From an uncultured Gammaproteobacteria bacterium (GTDB taxonomy: Bacteria; Patescibacteriota; Patescibacteriia; UBA1558; GWA2-36-10): DNA of 44,999 nt. The notes beneath the pieces were generated by a model. It was given only the letters and a program-made list of their open reading frames with translations, was not told the DNA's origin and ran no database searches. Position numbers and translations under genes: made by a program. Numbering within the stretch: position 1 is the first letter of the stretch; each line of letters opens with the position of its first letter. The stretch spans positions 1-44,999 of the forward strand of contig CAYUER010000003.1 in the NCBI GenBank assembly GCA_964443785.1. The letters run 5' to 3'. This document shows, piece after piece, positions 38,136 through 44,999 of the stretch.

Positions 38136-39056
38136 TCAATGCTCAGCTGAGTGATCGGCGGAAGCAATGGTAAAATATACGACTGTCAAAACAGAAAAAA
38201 TCAAAGCCTGAATGACGCCGACTAAAATTTCTAAAAACATAAAAGGTAATGGCACACCCCACGCTACCATCGCAGCAATAGAGGCCAACAGCACTTCACC
38301 GGCAAAGACATTGCCAAACAAACGGAAAGACAAGGAAGCCACTTTGGCTACTTCACTAATAATCTCAATCAAGCCTACAAAAAAATTAATTGGGTTCACC
38401 AATACAATGGTCGGTTCATGTTTTATTTTTTTTGGTATTTCCAACAAAGCCTTGATGTTTATAAATTTATTAAAATAATTCCAGCCACCGACTGCCATTA
38501 CTCCAAAAATATTAGCCGCCACTACAGCTAAAAGGCCTAAGGCCAAAGTAGTATTGAGATCGGCTGTAGCACCACGCAAAAGGGCGACATGATTGAAAGT
38601 GATGGAGCCTACACCAGGTAAAAGTCCTAGCCAATTATTGACTAAAACAAAAAGGAAAATCGCAAAAGCTACTGGAAAAACTTTTTTAGTCTTGACGCGA
38701 TCATTGGTGACCATATCAATCATGTTCATAGCACCATTGACTACCACCTCCATAAAACTCTGTAATTTACCAGGAATTTTGGAATTCTTGGCTCTGATAA
38801 CCAAAGATAGGATGACGATCAAAATCAAAGCCAACCATGAACTGACCAGAGAATTAGTCACGGTAAAATTTCCGATATTAAAAAGCGGCTCAGCAAAAAG
38901 TGTGTGCTCATGCTCGGAACTTTCGGCGTGTCCTTGCTCAAGCTCTTGGTGATTTGCTAAACCGTTTTCAGCCTCAGCTGAAACAAGCTCCGTTTCATTA
39001 GTATTTTCAATATGATTATTTATTTGACTCATGATCTTTTTTATCTTCTTTTCCAC
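38136..39056 (-). CDS. atpB: ATP synthase Fo subunit a
   Basis: 306-aa ORF with the conserved RLFGNVFAGE motif and a hydrophilic N-terminal extension of about 60 aa. Confidence 0.93.
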   Translation of the reverse strand: MEKKIKKIMSQINNHIENTNETELVSAEAENGLANHQELEQGHAESSEHEHTLFAEPLFNIGNFTVTNSLVSSWLALILIVILSLVIRAKNSKIPGKLQSFMEVVVNGAMNMIDMVTNDRVKTKKVFPVAFAIFLFVLVNNWLGLLPGVGSITFNHVALLRGATADLNTTLALGLLAVVAANIFGVMAVGGWNYFNKFINIKALLEIPKKIKHEPTIVLVNPINFFVGLIEIISEVAKVASLSFRLFGNVFAGEVLLASIAAMVAWGVPLPFMFLEILVGVIQALIFSVLTVVYFTIASADHSAEH

Positions 39057-39309
39057 TATCTAGCATGGCCATATATTTTATACCTATCCGTGCCAATCCC
39101 ACACAAGAAATCACAAAGGCTAAAGCAGTCAGAATAAAAAAATATAAGTTACCACTATCTTGCCTAGCGTCTAAATAACGACCAAGATATAGAGCTGCTA
39201 TGACCGGTATGGCAATCCAGCCTGTACTTTCGGCAAAGACTTTGAGGCTAAAAGACATCCAGTAGTTTTTATCCTGATCCGACCAAGATTTCTTTTTATT
39301 TTCCATCAC
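39016..39309 (-). CDS. AtpZ/AtpI-like small membrane protein (ATP synthase protein I family)
   Basis: 97-aa ORF with two TM helices, first gene of the atp operon. It overlaps the annotated atpB start by 41 nt. Confidence 0.6.
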   Translation of the reverse strand: MMENKKKSWSDQDKNYWMSFSLKVFAESTGWIAIPVIAALYLGRYLDARQDSGNLYFFILTALAFVISCVGLARIGIKYMAMLDSGKEDKKDHESNK

Positions 39310-39370
39310 TTTTATAAATTATCAACTAAAGGCGAATGAAGCGCCTTTTTGAGAGAAAAAGTGCGGCTAT

Positions 39371-39399
39371 ATTTTAACTTATTTTTCATCTCTTGGCAA
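39371..39399 (-). promoter_or_regulatory. Putative atp operon promoter (TTGCCA-17 nt-TAAAAT)
   Basis: On the minus strand, TTGCCA (39399-39394), a 17-nt spacer, then TAAAAT (39376-39371). The leader contains the hairpin AAAGGCG-7 nt-CGCCTTT (39328-39348). Confidence 0.45.
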
Positions 39400-39422
39400 G
39401 AGTGATATTTTTTATCATCATA

Positions 39423-39452
39423 TTGTCCAAAACCTACATTTTGTCCTATAAT
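39423..39452 (+). promoter_or_regulatory. Putative promoter of the trmH-like gene (TTGTCC-18 nt-TATAAT). The ATG lies 7 nt after the -10, so the mRNA is possibly leaderless.
   Basis: TTGTCC at 39423-39428, TATAAT at 39447-39452 and ATG at 39460. No SD is present in the 7 intervening nt. Confidence 0.4.
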
Positions 39453-39459
39453 ACTCTAT

Positions 39460-40191
39460 ATGCTAAGCCATAAAGAGCTAGATTTGCTTAAAAGTTTGCA
39501 AACCAAAAAAGGCCGCGACCAAGAGGCTTGTTTTTTGCTAGATAACCCCAAAGTAATTGGAGAAAATATCAAATCCCCTTATTTTCAAAAATTATATGTT
39601 ACTGAGGAAATAGGCCTCAAATACCAAAAATATTGGGCACATACTGACTACACTATCATCAATGGCTCGGAGCTCAAAAAAATATCACCCAGCTCCACCC
39701 CGCAAGGTGCCGTAGCTGTCTTTAAAATTTTACCAAGTATAAAATTTGACCATCAATCAAAAACAGTATTATTACTCGACGGTATCCAAGATCCTGGCAA
39801 TGTCGGCACTATTTTGCGGACAGCTGATTGGTTTGGTATCAAAAATATTTTCTTGAGTACAGAGTGTGCTGATATTTACAATCCCAAGACTATCGCGAGT
39901 AGCATGGGCTCAATCTTTCATATCAATTTTTATCAAAATCAAAATTTGAGCGAAGTGGTCAAAAATTTACAAAAGAATAAATATAAAATTATCGCTAGTA
40001 CTAGTCATGGTGACAACAATGTCTTGACTGCAGATAAACAGGCTATCATTATTGGTAGTGAGGCTCATGGCGTCTCTCAACAATTATCAGAGCTAGCCGA
40101 CGCTCACTACCAAATACCAAAATACGGGCAAGCTGAATCACTCAACGCTGCTATTGCTGCTGCTATCATCATGTATCAAATAAAAAAATAA
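39460..40191 (+). CDS. TrmH/SpoU-family RNA 2'-O-methyltransferase
   Basis: 243-aa ORF with SpoU motifs LLLDGIQDPGNVGTILRTA, IIIGSEAHGVS and ESLNAAIAAAIIMY. Confidence 0.88.
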   Translation: MLSHKELDLLKSLQTKKGRDQEACFLLDNPKVIGENIKSPYFQKLYVTEEIGLKYQKYWAHTDYTIINGSELKKISPSSTPQGAVAVFKILPSIKFDHQSKTVLLLDGIQDPGNVGTILRTADWFGIKNIFLSTECADIYNPKTIASSMGSIFHINFYQNQNLSEVVKNLQKNKYKIIASTSHGDNNVLTADKQAIIIGSEAHGVSQQLSELADAHYQIPKYGQAESLNAAIAAAIIMYQIKK

Positions 40192-40201
40192 AGGTAAAAA
40201 T

Positions 40202-40813
40202 ATGTCATCAGAAAAATTCAAAGACAGCAATACAACTGAAAAAGATCAGCTACTCGATCAACTATTGGCTTTGGACAAAAATAACCCTGCTTATGAACAG
40301 GAAAAAGATATTATAGAAAAAGAGCTCAACAAAATATCTCAAAATCCAGAAGAAACTATCAAGGCTCTCAATCGACGCGCCGAAATAAAACTATCCCCCG
40401 TTGATAAATATCAAGCCGCCGAAAAATACCAAGAACTCGAGGACGCCAAAGCTGTCGATCAACTCTTGGGTGAAATAAGTAGCATTGCGCCTACAAATTT
40501 TGCTGAGCAAAAACCAAACTACGCCGAGCAGGCGGCTCTATACTTTCGCCCCCTGAGCAACACTGCCCAAGCAGTCAAAAAGGCCATCCGTGCTTTTAAT
40601 TGGCGATCGTTCCGACAAATCCCTAAGGTCGAAAAAGAAAATTTATGCGCTCAAATAGACAGAATAGTGATGGAGGCCAAAGTCGAAGCTGCCAAACAAT
40701 ACCAAGAAGCCCAAGCCGATACTATCACTATCAATCGCGTCATCAACGAGGCTAGATACCAGATCCAAAAAATAGCCGATGATCGGCACATCAAAATACC
40801 TGAAGAATATTAA
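40202..40813 (+). CDS. Hypothetical acidic, helix-rich protein
   Basis: 203-aa ORF starting 10 nt after the trmH-like stop. No motif was recognised. Confidence 0.55.
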   Translation: MSSEKFKDSNTTEKDQLLDQLLALDKNNPAYEQEKDIIEKELNKISQNPEETIKALNRRAEIKLSPVDKYQAAEKYQELEDAKAVDQLLGEISSIAPTNFAEQKPNYAEQAALYFRPLSNTAQAVKKAIRAFNWRSFRQIPKVEKENLCAQIDRIVMEAKVEAAKQYQEAQADTITINRVINEARYQIQKIADDRHIKIPEEY

Positions 40814-40820
40814 AAACTAA

Positions 40821-40854
40821 ATCAGCCCAGCCCCTCGCGAGGGGCTGGGCTGAT
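40821..40854. terminator. Bidirectional intrinsic terminator between convergent genes
   Basis: A perfect 34-nt palindrome, ATCAGCCCAGCCCCTCG/CGAGGGGCTGGGCTGAT, followed by TTTTT on the + strand and TTAGTTTT on the - strand. Confidence 0.7.
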
Positions 40855-40863
40855 TTTTATAAT

Positions 40864-41898
40864 TTATTCTAATCTTGGTCTAGCCACTTCCTCTATTTCT
40901 AGATCTCCGCCCTGACCAGCAACTTTTAAAATATCTTTATCTATTTTTTTGAATTCCCGACTAGAAATATCATAAGTATTAGCAACAGTACTCAGCTGGG
41001 TGCCTAGTTTTTTATGATACTCAGCATAAGCAGCCATATGCTTTTGCAATTTTTCTACATTGGCCCTAATTTCTTTGGCTGACTCCTCTATTTGCAAAGC
41101 CTTCAAGCCCTGCAAAACTGTCTGCAAATAGGCAGCAAAAGTAGTCGGTGACACTATGATCACTTTTTTTTCATTAAAAGCATAGTCAATCAAATTACGA
41201 GTATTGACCTTGACGGCTCCCACTTCATTGATCAACAGATCATAGTAGATACCCTCAGCTGGAATATACATAAAAGCAAATTCCAAAGTTTTTTCTTGGG
41301 GTCTGATATACTTAGCAGTTTCATCAATACGCTTTTTCAGATCATTTTTAAAATCTTTTTCTAGATTTTCTTTTTTTTCTTTATCAGTTTCATTGATGAT
41401 ACGACGATAATTTTCTAGAGAAAACTTGGCATCAACTGGTAACAATTTATCTTTTATTTTGACCACAGCATCTACTGCCTCGTTGTTTTTGAAGCGATAC
41501 TGCATCTGGTAGCTCTGCGGTGGCAAAATATTACCCAAAATTAATTCCAGACTAGCTTCACCGAGAGAACCTCGATTTTTGGAGTTGGTCAAAACTTTTT
41601 CTAAATTTTGCAATTGGTCAGTAAAGCCCACCACCTGCTTGTTGGTCTCCTCCAATTTCAAAAGCTTCTCTGTCATATCCTTGGAGATGCGAGAAGTCTC
41701 GATGAACTGATCCTGTAGCATCTTGGCTGACTGATGAGTGGTCGAATCTATTTTTTCATGCAGCTGTTTGGTCAAATCAGAAATCTGCGATTGCAAAAGC
41801 AAGAGTGATTTATCGTCACTAGGCTTTTTGTTTTGTAGTAGTAAATAAATAACTACTACTAGTCCGATGATTAATATGATGAGTAAAGTTGTTTGCAT
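40864..41898 (-). CDS. rmuC: DNA recombination protein RmuC
   Basis: 344-aa ORF with an N-terminal TM helix, a coiled coil and the RmuC core (VDAVVKI..LPVDAKF, FAFMYIPAEGIYY). Confidence 0.85.
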   Translation of the reverse strand: MQTTLLIILIIGLVVVIYLLLQNKKPSDDKSLLLLQSQISDLTKQLHEKIDSTTHQSAKMLQDQFIETSRISKDMTEKLLKLEETNKQVVGFTDQLQNLEKVLTNSKNRGSLGEASLELILGNILPPQSYQMQYRFKNNEAVDAVVKIKDKLLPVDAKFSLENYRRIINETDKEKKENLEKDFKNDLKKRIDETAKYIRPQEKTLEFAFMYIPAEGIYYDLLINEVGAVKVNTRNLIDYAFNEKKVIIVSPTTFAAYLQTVLQGLKALQIEESAKEIRANVEKLQKHMAAYAEYHKKLGTQLSTVANTYDISSREFKKIDKDILKVAGQGGDLEIEEVARPRLE

Positions 41899-42579
41899 TT
41901 ATTTTTTAATAATATGATTATTTAAATTAACTAAACCGTTATAAATATTATAATAATAAATTAAATATAACGGCATTACCAGAAAAAAAGCAATGATAGT
42001 AAAAAAATTTAAAATTGTTAATATTAAAAATAAAATTGGAATTGGTAATAACAGTCTCTTTATTACACCTTTTTGAGATTTACTAACTAATTCTTTACTT
42101 CTATCCCAAGCTGCTCTACCATATAAATTTTCTGCGAGCACAACCCAAAACACAAAAACATAATCTGGCCATAAAAAAATACCAGAAGAGAAGTTAGTTC
42201 CTAAAATTTTTAAAAATTTATCATGAGACATTTTAAAAGTAGACCATAATTTTATGTTTTTATCATTCTTCACAACAACTACGGCCATACCAATAAATCC
42301 CAAAAGTAAACAATAAAGACTAAAAAAGCCCGCTGGCAAACTAAGTAAAATATTAATAGCACCGCTTAAATCATATGTTATAGGAATAAATAGATCAACT
42401 AAAGAAGCTATTATGCCTACTACCGCAAAAGATAAAAGACCAGATAATCCCAAAAAAAACATACCTAGAAGCTGCCAAAATAATTTTTTATAAACCTGAA
42501 AAGATTTAATAAATAATTCCGAAACAGACATTAATCCAACTTGATTACCTTCCAGGCTTTTAATATGATTCATGGTCAT
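41899..42579 (-). CDS. Hypothetical polytopic membrane protein (paralog of the upstream gene)
   Basis: 226-aa ORF. It shares SVSELF..SF......FW...GM..L at the N-terminus, A...RSKELV in the central loop, and Y..Y..LV.LN at the C-terminus with ORF 42581-43354. Confidence 0.65.
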   Translation of the reverse strand: MTMNHIKSLEGNQVGLMSVSELFIKSFQVYKKLFWQLLGMFFLGLSGLLSFAVVGIIASLVDLFIPITYDLSGAINILLSLPAGFFSLYCLLLGFIGMAVVVVKNDKNIKLWSTFKMSHDKFLKILGTNFSSGIFLWPDYVFVFWVVLAENLYGRAAWDRSKELVSKSQKGVIKRLLLPIPILFLILTILNFFTIIAFFLVMPLYLIYYYNIYNGLVNLNNHIIKK

Positions 42580-42580
42580 A

Positions 42581-43354
42581 TTATTTATTTAAATCGACTA
42601 AACTTTTATAGATATGGTAGCCATAAGCCAAAGAAAATGGAGTAATGATCAGTGAAATCACATCAACAATAAATGAATAAATTTTATCAGCTGTTGATTT
42701 TTCTTCGATAAACATAGATGGTATGACGAGCACCAACCAAACGGTAAACCCAAAAAGAAATAATCTGCCGAAAACTGACCACCATCTACCTTTGACCAGC
42801 TCTTTACTGCGACGCATAGCTGCTTTATTTTTTAAACCTTCAAACATAAAAATCCAGGCTACAAAGTTATAATAAATTCCCATGATAATACCAGGCACAA
42901 TGAGTAACAAGGTCCATAGAAATATAAAAATAGAAGCTAACGCGTTTGTTTCAAAAAAACTAATAGCTTGAGATCTGGCAACTTTAAAGGTTGGCCAAAT
43001 TTTTGGATCACTATCTTTATTCTTGATCAACAAATAAGTCCCCACTTGAGCTATCAAGTAAGCATAAACTGCAATAATTATAGCAAACAAAGCCACAATG
43101 CCTAAGATCACGTATATGGCTATCGACGCGATCGAGCCTAATTTGGAGGAAAAAGAATATGTTAAATAAAATAAAGCTGCCATCAATGCTATCGGTATGT
43201 AAGTCAACATAGGCAAAAGATTCATGCCAATCACTTTCCAAAAAATATTTTTACTAAGTGCAAATGATCTAGAAAATAATTCTGATACAGAAATTAATTT
43301 TCCATTTGCCTGGCTTACGACACTAGTTGTTGGCGTTGTTTCCATAAGATACAA
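42581..43354 (-). CDS. Hypothetical polytopic membrane protein (paralog of the downstream gene)
   Basis: 257-aa ORF with the same conserved blocks as ORF 41899-42579. The intergenic gap is 1 nt. Confidence 0.65.
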   Translation of the reverse strand: MYLMETTPTTSVVSQANGKLISVSELFSRSFALSKNIFWKVIGMNLLPMLTYIPIALMAALFYLTYSFSSKLGSIASIAIYVILGIVALFAIIIAVYAYLIAQVGTYLLIKNKDSDPKIWPTFKVARSQAISFFETNALASIFIFLWTLLLIVPGIIMGIYYNFVAWIFMFEGLKNKAAMRRSKELVKGRWWSVFGRLFLFGFTVWLVLVIPSMFIEEKSTADKIYSFIVDVISLIITPFSLAYGYHIYKSLVDLNK

Positions 43355-43362
43355 ATTAATTT

Positions 43363-44199
43363 TTAGTTATTTATATTAAACAATTTTTTAGCGTTTTGAT
43401 TGGTAATTTCTATAATCTCCGATTTTTCTTTCGCTAAAATATGCGATATTTTTTCGGCCACATATTCGACATAGAGTGGTTCATTTCTTTTTCCTCGATA
43501 AGGCTCTGGTGCTAAATATGGTGCATCGGTTTCTATCAAAATTTGTTCGAGTGGTATAGTCCGGACAATTTTTTCTAAAATACCAGTCTTATCAAAAGTG
43601 ATGATGCCAGTCACACCGATATAAAAACCCATCTGAACTAGCTCTTGAGCCTCCTCAACACTGCCACCAAAACAATGTACAACCGCTCGCTTGATCTTTG
43701 ATTCTTTTAATAGCTGGCAAATATCCCTATAAGCCTCTGCCTCATCCTTGTCTGGACTAGGCGAGGTGGGCTTGCCATTTCTACCATGGACAATGACTGC
43801 TAGATTATTTTTTTGGGCTAATTCAATATGTTGTAAAAAAACTTTTTTTTGCCTAGCCTTAATCTCCTCAATTGATTGCGCGCCTTTGGCAAAGCTCATG
43901 TCAAAATGATAGTAGTCAAAACCCGTCTCACCCATAGCAACAATCTTGCCGGGATGCTGGTCAATCAAAGACTGAAATTTATCTGCCGCAAAATCTTCAT
44001 CAAAAACATGGATGGGATGCAGACCTAAACTCGCATAAAAATTTTGACCATCAGCAATCTCTGCAGCTTTTTGTGAACTATCATAAGCAGCTCCGACATT
44101 GACCGCAGATAGTCCAGCCTGCCTGCAGCGAGCCATGACTTCAGCTCGATCTTCGTTGAAGGCTTTGAAATTAAGATGAGTATGGGAATCAAAAAGCAT
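43363..44199 (-). CDS. tatD: TatD-family metal-dependent hydrolase/DNase
   Basis: 278-aa ORF with MLFDSHTHLNF, GETGFDY, VVHCFGG and IETDAPYL motifs. Confidence 0.9.
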   Translation of the reverse strand: MLFDSHTHLNFKAFNEDRAEVMARCRQAGLSAVNVGAAYDSSQKAAEIADGQNFYASLGLHPIHVFDEDFAADKFQSLIDQHPGKIVAMGETGFDYYHFDMSFAKGAQSIEEIKARQKKVFLQHIELAQKNNLAVIVHGRNGKPTSPSPDKDEAEAYRDICQLLKESKIKRAVVHCFGGSVEEAQELVQMGFYIGVTGIITFDKTGILEKIVRTIPLEQILIETDAPYLAPEPYRGKRNEPLYVEYVAEKISHILAKEKSEIIEITNQNAKKLFNINN

Positions 44200-44705
44200 T
44201 ACATTAAAGATTGAATACTCTTGATAGCCTCTGGGATAAACGGCTCAATTACTATAGAAATATTGCTCACCCAAACAGAAATAAACGAAGATTTGAAAGA
44301 TCCAGAAATAGCCTCACTGATCGGAAAGCGAGCCAATAGATAAACAAAAGCACTAATAGCCAATACACCGCCCAACAAACCAACTACTGCGCCCAACATT
44401 TTATTGATCAAATCAATGAACGGTATAAAATGAAAAATCAAATTAATTACTTTGACAATAATAGTAATGGCTATATTGATTAACAAAAAAATAACAACAA
44501 AACCTAAAATATTAGCCAAGGATTGATTATCAATATTGATAGCCTGCATAATCCAAGCGCCCATCTGCGACATATAGTGTGAGCCAAACCAAATACCCAA
44601 AATGACCCCAATAAAAGCACCAATAGCTCCCACCAAACCAGAGCGAAAACCCTGCCAGACAAAGACGAATAAAATAACGATTAAAATAACATCAAATAAA
44701 CTCAT
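44199..44705 (-). CDS. cvpA: CvpA-family membrane protein
   Basis: 168-aa ORF with 4 TM helices and a CvpA-like N-terminus (DVILIVILFVFVWQGFRSGLV). Its stop overlaps the tatD start (TAATG). Confidence 0.75.
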   Translation of the reverse strand: MSLFDVILIVILFVFVWQGFRSGLVGAIGAFIGVILGIWFGSHYMSQMGAWIMQAINIDNQSLANILGFVVIFLLINIAITIIVKVINLIFHFIPFIDLINKMLGAVVGLLGGVLAISAFVYLLARFPISEAISGSFKSSFISVWVSNISIVIEPFIPEAIKSIQSLM

Positions 44706-44730
44706 AATTCTTTTATATTAAACTTAATGA

Positions 44731-44997
44731 TTATTTAGTCACGATGCTAGCTTTGGCTACAATGCCATAGAGCTTATTCAGCTTTTTGGTCAAATCATTT
44801 ATTTGCTTGGTGCTGGCAGCCATAGCCACCACTATCAAACCAGTGCAATGCTCGACACAAGCCGGCTGGACATTGACCCCCAGTCTAGACATGATCAAGT
44901 GTCCTGCCTCGGTCAACATATTTTGCACATCATTGGCATGAGTTTGTCTGTCTTCGATCAAAATAGTAATAGTACCTAATTGTTTTTTTTCTTTCAT
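44731..44997 (-). CDS. TM1266-like ACT-fold small regulator (family annotated as iron-only hydrogenase system regulator)
   Basis: 88-aa ORF. ITILIEDRQTHANDVQNMLTEAGHLIMSRLGV...GLIVVAMAASTKQINDLTKKLNKLYGIVAK follows the TM1266 pattern as I recall it (ILTIVVEDRE....VNELL..F...I..R.G.P......II.LVL......I.AL.GKLG...GV.VK). Confidence 0.5.
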   Translation of the reverse strand: MKEKKQLGTITILIEDRQTHANDVQNMLTEAGHLIMSRLGVNVQPACVEHCTGLIVVAMAASTKQINDLTKKLNKLYGIVAKASIVTK

Positions 44998-44999
44998 AT

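Overview
This is an AT-rich bacterial chromosome segment (about 35% G+C in hand-counted samples), tightly packed and read with the standard genetic code. Almost all genes are on the minus strand. Most are housekeeping genes: yqeY-like, rpsU, hisS, lepB, an LCP-family protein, der, pth, pepA, secE-nusG-rplK-rplA, a SAM methyltransferase next to a large polytopic membrane protein, gyrB, pheS-pheT, a DUF721/DciA-like protein, and a UvrD/PcrA-type helicase fused to a Cas4-like nuclease. There is also a complete F1Fo ATP synthase operon (atpI/Z-like, B, E, F, H, A, G, D, C), a TrmH-family methyltransferase, rmuC, tatD, cvpA and a TM1266-like ACT-fold regulator. I recognised no rRNA, tRNA, CRISPR array, transposase, integrase or reverse transcriptase. 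The compact layout, the scarcity of Shine-Dalgarno sites and the pilin-headed surface proteins fit a small-genome Patescibacteria/CPR-like organism, but that is inference only. Points of interest: (1) Positions 1-5958 look ORF-free in the supplied track. They actually hold one uninterrupted minus-strand ORF of at least 1986 codons that runs off the window edge. It encodes a giant surface protein with a TrbC/VirB2-like pilin head followed by IPT/TIG, Ig-like and FN3-like repeats. The next gene (5995-7629) carries a near-duplicate of the same head on a different ectodomain. (2) Two compositionally foreign islands (about 60% G+C) are each a self-contained promoter-SD-ORF-terminator cassette. One (15.9-16.24 kb) encodes a 55-aa four-Cys mini-protein and is followed by a 128-bp MITE-like palindrome. 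The other (31.05-31.76 kb) encodes a GC-rich homolog of the AT-rich gene immediately next to it, and both carry a beta-carbonic-anhydrase-like CxDx(R/H)...HxxC signature. (3) A strictly 8-nt-phased AAGTT x4 / AACTT x4 array occurs twice, directly upstream of rplK and of atpC. (4) A nested GC-rich hairpin sits inside the atp operon, and a small family of GC-rich palindromic terminators share arm sequences.
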